Shown here: positions 15,135 through 26,300 of the stretch, in pieces
How positions within the stretch are numbered: position 1 is the stretch's first letter
Layout of the letters: each line of letters starts with the position of its first letter
Assembly (NCBI GenBank): GCA_001643675.2
Contig: LSRY02000053.1
Coordinates: 538,329-602,328, forward strand
DNA: 64,000 bases
DNA from: Monocercomonoides exilis PA203
Taxonomy: Eukaryota > Protista > Preaxostyla
Direction: 5' to 3'
Program-made: the position numbers and the translations under genes
The notes under the pieces: model-generated
Told to the model about the DNA's origin: nothing
Database searches by the model: none
What the model saw: the letters and a program-made list of their open reading frames with translations, nothing else

Positions 15135-16457
15135 GATCTTTCTTTTTTATATGTTTTCTTCTTCCAATCCTCTTTCATGATTCTTTGTTTATGATTGTTT
15201 TGAAAGATCCTGGAAAACATTCTTTCCGAGTTTTTATTTCTTTTTTTGCAAAATAGATATTATTCATCTTCAATCTATCGGAAAGAAAAATTATTGGACA
15301 ACAGCATTGAATCAAATTCTTCATAACTTTTTTGTAAATCTTTTTATCTCTTTATTCTTTAAATATTTTCTTCAATATTTTTCATAAAAAGATGATAAAT
15401 AGATGAATCAATGAAGAAAAAAAGAAATAAATAAAAAACCTTTAATTTTGTTTGTGAATCCATTGTTGCCAATAAGCAATTTGCTTTTTTATTCTGTTTT
15501 TTAGTCAAATGCATCTTTTTTCATTGCATCCCCTTTTTGTAAGCGAACTTTTTCCATGGATGCAAATCAGCATTGAAAAGAAACTTGAGTCAGAAAATTA
15601 ATCCATTTCATCTTCAAAGCGCTTTGGTCTTTCTCAACAAGCGTTATTTATTCAAAAAACTCTATAAAGCAGAACTGTTTTATTTCGAGATAAAAATTGG
15701 GCTTCCGTTTGAAAACAATAAAGGAATATTAAATTCAAATCGAAAAAAAACTTTTGTGTCTTTCCTTCATGCAGAATAATCCATTTTCTGCTATCATCAA
15801 ATATCTGGGAGAGAAAAAATGTCCCTTTTAAATCATTTGAGCAAGAAAATAATTCTTGAATATTATTAGGAAGAACGGCAAATATGACCTTTTGAGGAAA
15901 AGATTTTTTTGGTTTGTTTTGATAACTGTGTTTAACAAATAAAAGTGTGTTCATGTTTTTTCTGAAATGAAAATCAAATTGCGTAAATGTGTTTTCATTA
16001 AAAAATAATGGTTTTTTTTCCAGAGAATCAAAAGAAAATGATCATTTCTTTTCGATTCAATCCAAATTTGTTTTGAACTGAAAAAAAGTTCATATGTTGT
16101 TTGAGACATTTAAAAATGAAATGAAAGTTCAGCAATGGATGTTTTGAACCAAACTGAAAAGAAAAGTCCCTATATGCAGGAGACATAGAATTCCAACGAA
16201 TTTAATAAGAGAGAATACAGGGAAGAAATGTTGGATGTGCAAAAAATGAAGGGCAAAACTGTCGTTATTTCATGAATGTCAGTTTTAATGAAATGCACAT
16301 CAAAATAGGAAAAGTGCTGATGATTATTCTCTTTTTTTGGATAGGAATGACCATCAAACATGGAAGTCTTCAACTCAATATTCACAGGCACTCAGTCGGT
16401 TTTTGGTTCGGTGCATGTAGATAGGCTTGCATACAGCCCCTAATAAACAAGTCTATT

Positions 16458-16928
16458 CAACTTGGAGTTGAAGTCAAGATTGAAGAAATAGATGAATGTT
16501 AATTACATCGAAGAAAATATCGAAGAGGAAAATACAAGAGGCAACAATGGATTTTGTGGGCAATCGAAAGAAGAGAATGTCAGCAAGTTGGGGGAAAAAT
16601 GCTATGGATCCTCAAAGATCGTTCAAGAAACTCTTTGTTGCCAATTTTTAAACAGCGCATATTGCCTGGAACGACTGTAATGAGTGATTCTTGGAGAGCA
16701 TATGCAACATTTGCAAAAGAAGGCTATTTTCATAAAATTGTTATACACGATCGACATTATGCGGGTCCTGTAACAGGAGCATGCACAAACACTGTTGAAG
16801 GGATGTGGCTTTATTTCAAAGAGTTTCTACCAGTTTCTGGAATGAGAGATGCGTTTATTCAAGACAACATTTCTTCATTCATTGTCAAAAATTGCTTCAA
16901 TTTGACCTTTTCTGAATTTGTTGAGTAA
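16458..16928 (+). pseudogene. Merlin/IS1595 (ISXO2-like) DDE transposase remnant
   Basis: In-frame translation EIDEC*LHRRKYRRGK...WILWAIER...DRSRNSLLPIFKQRILPGTTVMSDSWRAY...H...TGACTNTVEGMW matches the IS1595/Merlin core (DE, SDxWxAY, TNxxEGxW). TAA at 16500-16502; no TIRs recognised. Confidence 0.88.
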
Positions 16929-17368
16929 GTTTACAAAAAAAACATGAAGAAATTATAATTGTGAAAATTATGAATAAAATGATAAGGAGCATTATTTGCC
17001 AGATTTTGATTGCAAAGTTCAGAACAACTGCAAAAATGAATTTCCAACAGTGAAGATTTATTTGGAGCGAGCTGCTGTGAATCAGCTTCTAAATTCGCTG
17101 AATAATTTTTTTTTTGAATTTTGCCATAAAAAATTTTTTTTTATTTTTGTATTAACTAATTCATCACACATTCAACGGTTTGAATTACATTTTTGCAATT
17201 TGTTTTTAATGGACATTTGAAACATGTGGAAAACAGTGAAATAAACTCATGAAACATTGAATTCTGATTTTCATTTTTATGATAAGAAAATGAATTATTA
17301 GTATTGTTATTGATTTCTATATTGGTACATTGATCAGCAAACGATAAAGAAAAACAGCATTTGAATAT

Positions 17369-20300
17369 ATGAAACACAAGAATGTCATTTTCAGATATCA
17401 AACAATAATGAATATCTTGTTCTTAAAAGTGTTTTGTTGTTTGAAAAATTCAAATGAAATTATCAAATCACAAGATAGTTTTTTTCTGCAAAATGGTTGC
17501 GAAAAACCAACAACAAACTGCGCAAACATTTTTGAGACAGGGGCTTATTATAAAGAAAAAGAACATAACTATTTCGAAAGCTCAAATAATCAATCTTTGA
17601 TTGTTAGCAATCCTTCAAATTTTGGAGCATTTCTAACTGAAATCAAATGTAATGTGAAAGAAACAAATTCAACAATCAGAGTGTTATCATTAAGATTCAA
17701 GTCATTTGTATCGAAGAATATCATATCAATTGACACTTGTTCAAAGTGTAATTTTGAACAAATAACAATTGCTGCTTCAAAAAACATGAAAGTTTCTCCT
17801 TTTCATTGTCTTGGTTTATTCAATCTCTTCAATGTTTCATATCAGTCTCCAAAATATCAACCAATGAGCAGCCTTTTTTCAACATCACTAACAGCCTCAC
17901 TGATATTATCTGAATCAACATTCAGCAACAATGTGATTTTGAATTGTGGAAGCATTCTTCATTCTGGATGTTGCAATTCTGAAGTTATTTCAAAATGTTC
18001 ATTTTTCAATATCACTCGATATCATTTGACGAATTATGAAAAAGAGAGATGTGGAATCTTGAAAAGTGTTCTTGACAATTGTCATATATGTGATTTAACA
18101 AATGCGCTTGAAGGAGGAATCATTTGTGGAACTGTTCATTCTTCTTCATTTTCATCAACAAATTCGTCATTTATAAATAATATGAGAATCGAAAACTTGC
18201 TGAACAAAAAGAACAGATTGAGTACAACAGAGACCCAATTCTTTGAGTTGAGTGAATGGATCAATGAAACAGCTGAATGTGGGGGTGCACTTTATGTTCA
18301 CGACAGTCCGAATACAACACTTTCTGTTCATAATTCTTCATTTTTTTATTGTAAGGCGACAAAAACATATGGAGGAGGAATCTTTGCAAAGAATGTGTCA
18401 GAGGTTGCAACAAATAACAGTATTTTTAAAAATTGCTCCTGTGCCATGCTCGAAAGTGATGGTGGTGGAGGAGGGTCTTGTTTCAACAAAATTCTGATAA
18501 ATGCGTTTGCTTCGAATTGTCTTTTCGAAGATTGTTGGTCAGGAAATGATGGAGGTGGTATTAGCGTTTGGTATTGTTCTTGTCAAATCCAAGATGCGTG
18601 CCTTATTGGTTGCTTGTTTAACAACTGCAGCGGAAACAGTGAAACAAGTTCGGCTGGAGGTGCCTGCGATATTGTTTATAATTTCTTAAAAAAGTGTTGC
18701 ATTTCGTGTTGTTTCATGAATAGTGTTTCAAAAAATGGTGGAGGAGCTATGTATGTTGATGATAATATGATTTCACAAGAAATGCAACTGTTCTTTTGTT
18801 TCTTTCACAACAACTTTGCCAAAACAGTTGGTCATGATGTTATTCTTCTCAATGCAATAAAAAATCTTATTGACGAAACATGTGTTTCTACAAGGTCCAT
18901 GAATAATAGAGTCACAACTTCATGGTCTATTGAATCTGACAAAAGTGAATGGCTGCCTAACAATTTCAATAACTTCAGATTTGTTACCTCAATTCAAAAT
19001 CATTCAAATGCAAAAGACACATATAGCTGTGGATTGAATGAAAGCTGTGCATGCCTCACAATCAGCCATTGTCTGACTCAAATGATTGTGGGGTTTGTGG
19101 AGGAAATCAAGGTGTTGAGTGGAATAGTTGTGGAAGGAAAAGGAATTGATGTTGGGGAGAAAACAATCACTGTGAATGGAATTTCACCAGCTGGCTCATC
19201 CATTGAAACAAATTTTAAGGGAAATGGATTGTGTCTGTTTTGTGTTGGAACAGGGGAGTTGAGTGTGAGCGATCTGTCAGTGGTTCACAACACCTCATAT
19301 GAAAACAACAGGCAATGCAGACTGTTTGAGGTTGAGGGAAGTGGGTTGATGGATGTGAAGCGAATGAACATATCGATGGATGCAGCTCATTCAGAAGAGA
19401 GGAGCATTCAGAACTCACTTGTGAAAGTGGACGGGGGAGAGTTGAAGATGCTAGATGTGAGATGGGGCAGAACATTCGGCACCACAAGTGTGATATCACT
19501 TTCTCAAGGATCATCTGCTTCATTGTACCTGGATAACGGTGTGTTCAGCAATATTGTGAGAACAACAGCCGGATCATCGTTGATGAGTGTGGGTGAAGGG
19601 TCACAGTTGATAACTGTTGAGGGATGCACGATTGATGAGAGTGGGAGTGTAGATTCTGATTTTGGAGGTGGTGTGATGATTGAAATGGGGAACGTTGGTT
19701 CATTAACGATGAATGGAGGCGTTATAAGAAACTGTTATGCATCGACTATACAAGGCAGAGGAGGAGGGATTGGACTGAAAGTGAAAGATACAGATGCAGA
19801 GTTTCAGATTTCATCAGCATTTGAAGGGAACAGAGCCAAATGGGGAAGTGATATTTTTGTTGACTCGATCAACTTGGAGTCAATAGCAAAAAGTGGGAAA
19901 ATCACTTTATTAACCGCTTCATTTGAAACGATAAACAAAATTCGGGGTTTAGATAATGGAGACGATTCAATTCCAATTCCACTTTGTGCTTATCTGATTT
20001 CTTTGCCAGATGAGATCTTTGTGAGTAATATTGACGCATTTAATCACTCTCTTTGTGGGTTTGCTGAGTTTCCCTGCCTGACATTGAAGCATTGTTTGAC
20101 GAGGCAAGAAGAGGAAAAGAAGATTGTTATCGATGGGATGATCGAAGTGAAAAATGAGCTGACATTTGACTCATTGAAGCACACAATCAGGGGGAAAGAT
20201 GGAAACAGTGGATGGAAGGTGATTGATGATTCTGATGGAAGTGAAGGAAGCATGATAACTGTGGATACAAATGCGAATTTGAGATCACTCATATTCTCTG

Positions 20301-23300
20301 TTCCATCTACTCTTCCAAATCACGAAATATTCTTCAGTTCTTCATCACAATCATTTTCGTTTGATAGCTGCTCACTGAGTTTTCAAGATTCCCAATCAGC
20401 GTTGTCTTATGTGTTTTTGTCCGTATCAGCAGGTGATGTGTCTGTTTCATCTTTTGTTGTATTATCCTTGATAATTGGGAACTGTCCGCTGGTCAATCTT
20501 GATGGAAGAAATGCTGCTGGCACATTCACCTCCATAAGTGTTGAGGATATGAGTTCGATAGCTAATAGTGTTTTGTTTGGAGTGGCTAATGGAGCATCTT
20601 TAACGATTAAAGATTCAACACTTTCAGTGAAAGCATATTCACAAAAAGATTTGCCATCCGAATCAATTCGAGTGATTTGCACAAATTCTGCCAAGTTTTT
20701 GAAGCTCACAAGCAATAAAATCAGTGGATTCAAAGGAGATGGAGAAAATGGAGGAGCAGTCGAATGCACGCTTTGGAAGGAATGCTCTCTGGAAATAGAT
20801 GGAGGGATGATGTCTGGGTGTGAGAGCAAAGGAGGAAATGGAGGAGGGTTGTGTGTTGAGATGGAAGAAGGATCGGCATTCGCTGTGGGAAACATGACGA
20901 ATGCTAACAAAGTGAATGAAATAACTTCAAATGTTGAAAGTAATTTGTTTCAACTTGAGAACTGCAAGGCAATGCAAACAGCAGATGGAGGGTGTGGATA
21001 TGGAGGAGGGATTTATCTTCATTTGGCTGATGGGACAAGCTCATTCACTTTGAAGGATGTTTCATTTTCTGGATGTGATGCTCAAGAAGGGAAAGAAATC
21101 TTCATCAATGTAAATGATCTTTGGCTTGTGATTGACAGGAGATCGATTGGATTTGAGGTTGATTTGAACAATTTTTCAAAATTGAATGGATTTGAGAGAT
21201 CAACGCTAAACGAGGCATTTGCAATACCGCTGGTGGTGTATTTGTGGGATAACTTTTCTAAATCTGCCTTCGTCGGAGGATTATCAAGCCATGATTTTTC
21301 GAAGTGTGGATTTGAAGAGTTTCCATGTTCATCCATTTCAAAGGCAGTCACAATCCATTTTGAAGGGAAGAAAAAGAATGTTGCTCTTCTTGAGCCATTT
21401 GTCTTTGAGGAGGAATTGGGGATGACTTCAAATGAATGGAGCATTGCATCCAAAGAGAATGAAATGAAGTGTGAAGTTTCTGATCAGAAAAAGGGAACAC
21501 AAAATGGATTGATTGAAAGCTCAGTCAGTGCGTCAATGACTGGTATTGTATTTTCTTTGAGGAAATCACTGATATCTCATGAAAGTGTATTTGAGTGTCA
21601 TTCAGGGAAGCTCACACTGAATGAGTGTGGAATTGAAGGAGGGTCTGAGTCTATATCAGCGGTGTTTGTGAAAGCTGTTGGAGGGGTTGTGGAGGTGATT
21701 GAGTTTGCATCAGAGAGAGTTGCTAAATGGAGTTCAAGCATTTTCATTGTTGAAGGAAATTCCGAAAGTGTGCCTTCGATGAATATGACGAATGGTAATT
21801 TTGGAGAAATCGCATTTGGCGGCGGGTGTGTTGTTGAATGTCATAATGGAAATATTGAGAAGATAACAGGATGCTCATTTTCATCGATTTCTCGTTCGAA
21901 GGGAAGTGGAGGATGTGTAAGTGTTTCGAACAATGGAGATGAAAATAGAGATTACAAAGTGGAAATGTTTGACTGCACATTTGAAGGGTGTTCTGTTGTT
22001 GGAGAGGAAGAAGAGATCGGAGGGGGAGCACTATTTTGTGAAACATTTGCAAAAACGAATATTGTGGTGAGTAGATGCACTTTTTTTTGTTGTACAGCAC
22101 CACACGAAGAGGAAAATGTTGGATATGGAGGAGGAATTATAATGAAAATACTGAGAGATGAAGAGGTAAATTTTGTGATATCATCACCCGTTTTTTCATC
22201 TGGCAAGCCAAATAGTGCAAATTATGGGAAAGACTTATTTGTTTCATCTTCATCGCTTATCAAGAGCATCAAAAACGAAACCCTGCCATTTGTGAATGAT
22301 AAATTGGAGATGCTGACAGAAGACTCAATGAGAGGATATGACGGAGGAAATAAAGAGTGTGCAATCCCACTGATCTATTTCTGGAAATCTATTGGATCGA
22401 GCGTATATGTTGCTGAGGAAGGATACAATGTGGTTGTGTGTGGGTTGTTGGACTATCCATGCCGATCTGTTGATTATGGGATGAATCGTATACACAGTTC
22501 AACAGTTGAGCAGATGACCATTCATGGGGTTTGTGATGTGAGGAGTGTGATAGAGATGAGCGGGATGAAGGTGGAAGGAACAAATATGGAATCAGACAAA
22601 ATCCAATTTGCTCAAACACTTGAAGGGGATGAGGATGCTGCTGTTGAATGCAAAGGAGTTGTTCTATTCAATGAAGTGGGGATACTAATCCCCAGCCACT
22701 TTGATAACGAAGCAAGCATCCTCATCCAGACAGGCACCGATGCAATCAAAACGAGCGTTGTGAGCTGTTCAATTCATTCACTTGATGATGCCGAAGGTGA
22801 ATTGTCATTTGTATTGATAAGTGCCTCAAAAGGAATTGTTGAAATTGAAAAGACAAAGATATCAGGATTTTCATCGACGCATGAGGTTATGAGTATATCA
22901 GCTTATTGCGCAGTGTTAATGAACAACGCCACATTCGAAGATATTTCTTTGAGCGGGAAAAGTGTTTTGGTCTTGACTGAAAGTGTGACTTCTGGAAGCA
23001 GGAATGATAATTCAGAAGAAGAGTGGAATATTCTATTTGGGCAATGCACTTTTGTGAATGTGAATCACAGCACAACTAATTATCCGTCATTGCTTTGCTG
23101 TGATGTCCCAAATGAAGTGAGATTGATAATTGAGAACTCAACGATTGATAGCTGTGGTTCGGCAAGCTCGAATGAAGGAGGAGGAGTGTTTTTTCTTCTC
23201 AATGAGAGGGGAAAGCTGGAGATGAATCACACAAATGTGAGAGAGTGCTTCTGTTCGAATGCTGGGAGAGGCGGAGGAATGTTTTTGAAATCACAGAGTG

Positions 23301-26300
23301 TCTCACAGAAGGCATTGCCATTTGTGCTGTCGAATATCACATTCCGAAGGAATGTTGCATCGAAGGGGAGAGATGTGTTTGTGAAGTGCACTGACCTTGA
23401 TTCACAGATTAGTGAATCGCAGTTTTTAATAAACTTTGGAGAGCCATTTGTGAAGGACCTGGCTATATGGGGATGCACATCAGACAATTATGGAGATGAA
23501 GAGGATCTTCTGAGGAAGGTGTTTATATTCAGAAGTGAATTCATATTTGTGTCTTCGATTGTGGAAAACAGCAGCAACAGTAAACAGTGTGGGGAGATGA
23601 AGGGCGCATGCTCATCACTGAATGTTGGGGTAAGCCATATCATCCCATCTGCTTTCTCTCAGCTGTTTATCTGGAATGAAACCACATTAACTTGTTCGTG
23701 CTCCGCTCAAAATGTGACAATCAAGTCGATGGAATCGAATAGAAATTCAGAGATAAAAGTGCGTGAGATCAATTTGGGCGATAAAGAAGCTGTGACAACT
23801 TCGGGGTCTGTTCGATTTGAGAAAGTGTTGTTTTTTTTTGATGGGGCACAGAATGTTATCTGCTCGTGCTTGATACATCAGCTGAGTGGATCTCTTATTC
23901 TGGAGTCTGTTTCATTTCATTCAGAGAGCAGAACAACAGAAAATTCACACATCCTTTTTGATGCTTCTCTGATTGTTGTTGAAGATGGGTTGTTTGAGGC
24001 AAATCGGTGCAGTGTTGACCATTTGAAATTCTCGAATCCTGTGTTTCAGATATTGCACTCAAAAAAAGCAACATTTGAAGATGTGAGAGTGGATGATGTG
24101 GAATGCAAGAGTTCGTTGATTGAATGTGGAAAGAATGATAAAGTGAGCGTTTCGAAGTTGGCAGCTGCAAACATTGGGTTGGAAGAAGAGAGCCTGATAT
24201 CACTAAAAAACATCCATTCTTCACTCGTTTTGTCATTGATGGTGTCGTCATTCACAAATATCAGCCGATCGACTTGTGGGTCTTGCATTGTTTGCACAAG
24301 TCAGCCAATGAGTGGATTTGAGATGTGCAACTGCTCTTTTCAAGAGTGCTCATCATATTCGCCAAAGGGGAGCCAAGTGGCGATAATATCTGCAGAGAAG
24401 ATATTGATGGAGTCATGTATGTTTGAGGGGAGTCTTGCCTCAGTTGCAGAATGGAATGTGATTTCTGATGAGTTGTGCAAATGGAATGGGTCAGTTGTTG
24501 ACTTGTCGAAGAGTGAAGCAGTTGTGAGAGATACCACGATTTGCAATTCATCAAAGGGAGGGATAAGTGTGAGTGGAGGATCTGTGATGATTGAAGCAGG
24601 CAATTTCAGCAACAACAATCCGAAGATAGCAAAATATCCATCAATACGAAGAAATGTTATCTGCTTTGATGATGGTGAGCTGAACTTTGAAAGCCTAAAG
24701 GGAGGAGATGGACTGAAAGATAATACTTCACTCTGGGTATTAAACAAAGGTTGCCGCTTTGGTGGTCTTATTTCCGAGAGGGCATCTTCATTTTTCATTC
24801 CTGCGTTGGAAAGTGTTACAGCAAATGAAGAAGGGGCAGAGGTGAAGCTTGTGTTCAAAGGAATGTTGCTTCTTCCATGCAACTTGTCGTTCATCATTGT
24901 GAGGCAAATATACGACGAAAAGCAGATAGAAAAGTTCAGCTTTGATGAAAGCAGATTCGAATCAGAAAAGGAAGTGATAGGCCGACTGGCAAAGAAAACG
25001 ATATTTGATGCGGATGAAGAAGCAGAAGTGAAAGCATGTGTCCAGTTTGGGAGCAAGGATGCACCATTTCAAACAAAGGAATTCATTCTAAAGAACAAAT
25101 CAGAAACACAGGCAAACAGAAATGAAATACTTGTTGAAGGAGGAAAAGAAGGAAAATCTTCATGGGTGTTGATTGTAATTATCATGGCTGCTGTTCTTTT
25201 GATTATTCTCATCGCCCTTGTCATATTCGTTGTCCGATGGAAAAAGCAAAAAAGAAGAACACAAGAGTTGGAAGTGATTGTGGAAGACACAGTGAGGAAG
25301 GATCCGAAACTGATTGAGATGGTGACGATGGAGATGTCACCTGAGGCGGAGTGGCGAAGAGCAGAAAGGGAGGCAGAAAGGAAGAATGAAGATCGGAGAA
25401 AGAAGAGAGTGTACGAGAAAAGCTTGGTGCACTCAGAGTCATCTGAGCATTTGTTAAGTGAGAGTGGCTCCACTGAATATATTCTTGGAAGAGATTCAGA
25501 CAATATTCCTCAATGGATGCTGGAGAAGGTTGATGATGAGGAGGAAGCAAGAAAGAGAACACCATCACCATCAATTTCATCCACTTCAACAACTTCAACA
25601 ACTGATTCAGACTCAACTTTTGTTCGATCAGAGAGTCTGTGCCCAACAACCTCATCGATGTCGAATCTGGTGGATGCAATGGCCTGTTCGTCTCCTCATG
25701 AGAAGCTGATTGTGGATCTGAGGGATTCACTGTTCATGCTGCTTCATGGAAGAAATGAGAAGAAGGAGATGGCGATTGGCACTCTGCAGGAGAGGGAGGC
25801 GACAGCTGCACAGATCCTGTTCTGGGTGGCGAATCTTGCACTCCACTCATTTGACGAGATGGAAAACCCTCTCTCTTCTCTTGCAAATCTCAGTCCTCAT
25901 ATTATATTGTTCTCTGAGCATATGGTCATCTGCATTGCCATGCACTCAGACTGTTCATCAGACTCGGATTCGTCGTCTATCTCTTCATCAATAGTTGTAA
26001 CATCTGACAGCGATGATAATGATGACTCTCTTCCATCATCTGCATTTGAGGATGATGAAGACAACAGGAAGGAATGCATGCGATGGAAGGCGCCTGAATT
26101 GTTTATCGACAAGAAGATGGGAGCAACAAAGGAGTCTGTTGTGTTTTCAATCGGAATGATGCTGTGGGAGTGCTTGACACTTCAGATCCCATTTGGGGAG
26201 TTTGAGGCAGAGGCGGCAGCACAGAAGATTGTGAACGGAGAAAGACCAAAGTTGGAAAGCATAAGAGAATCATCCATGAGAGGGATTGTGGAGCATTGCT

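Noticed and set aside
10060-16502. Alternative genetic code (TAA/TAG = Gln, known in some oxymonads), suggested by in-frame TAG 10060 and TAA 16500
   Set aside because: The 3039-, 2364- and 1167-aa ORFs contain no in-frame TAR codons and intact genes end in TAA, so these are nonsense mutations.
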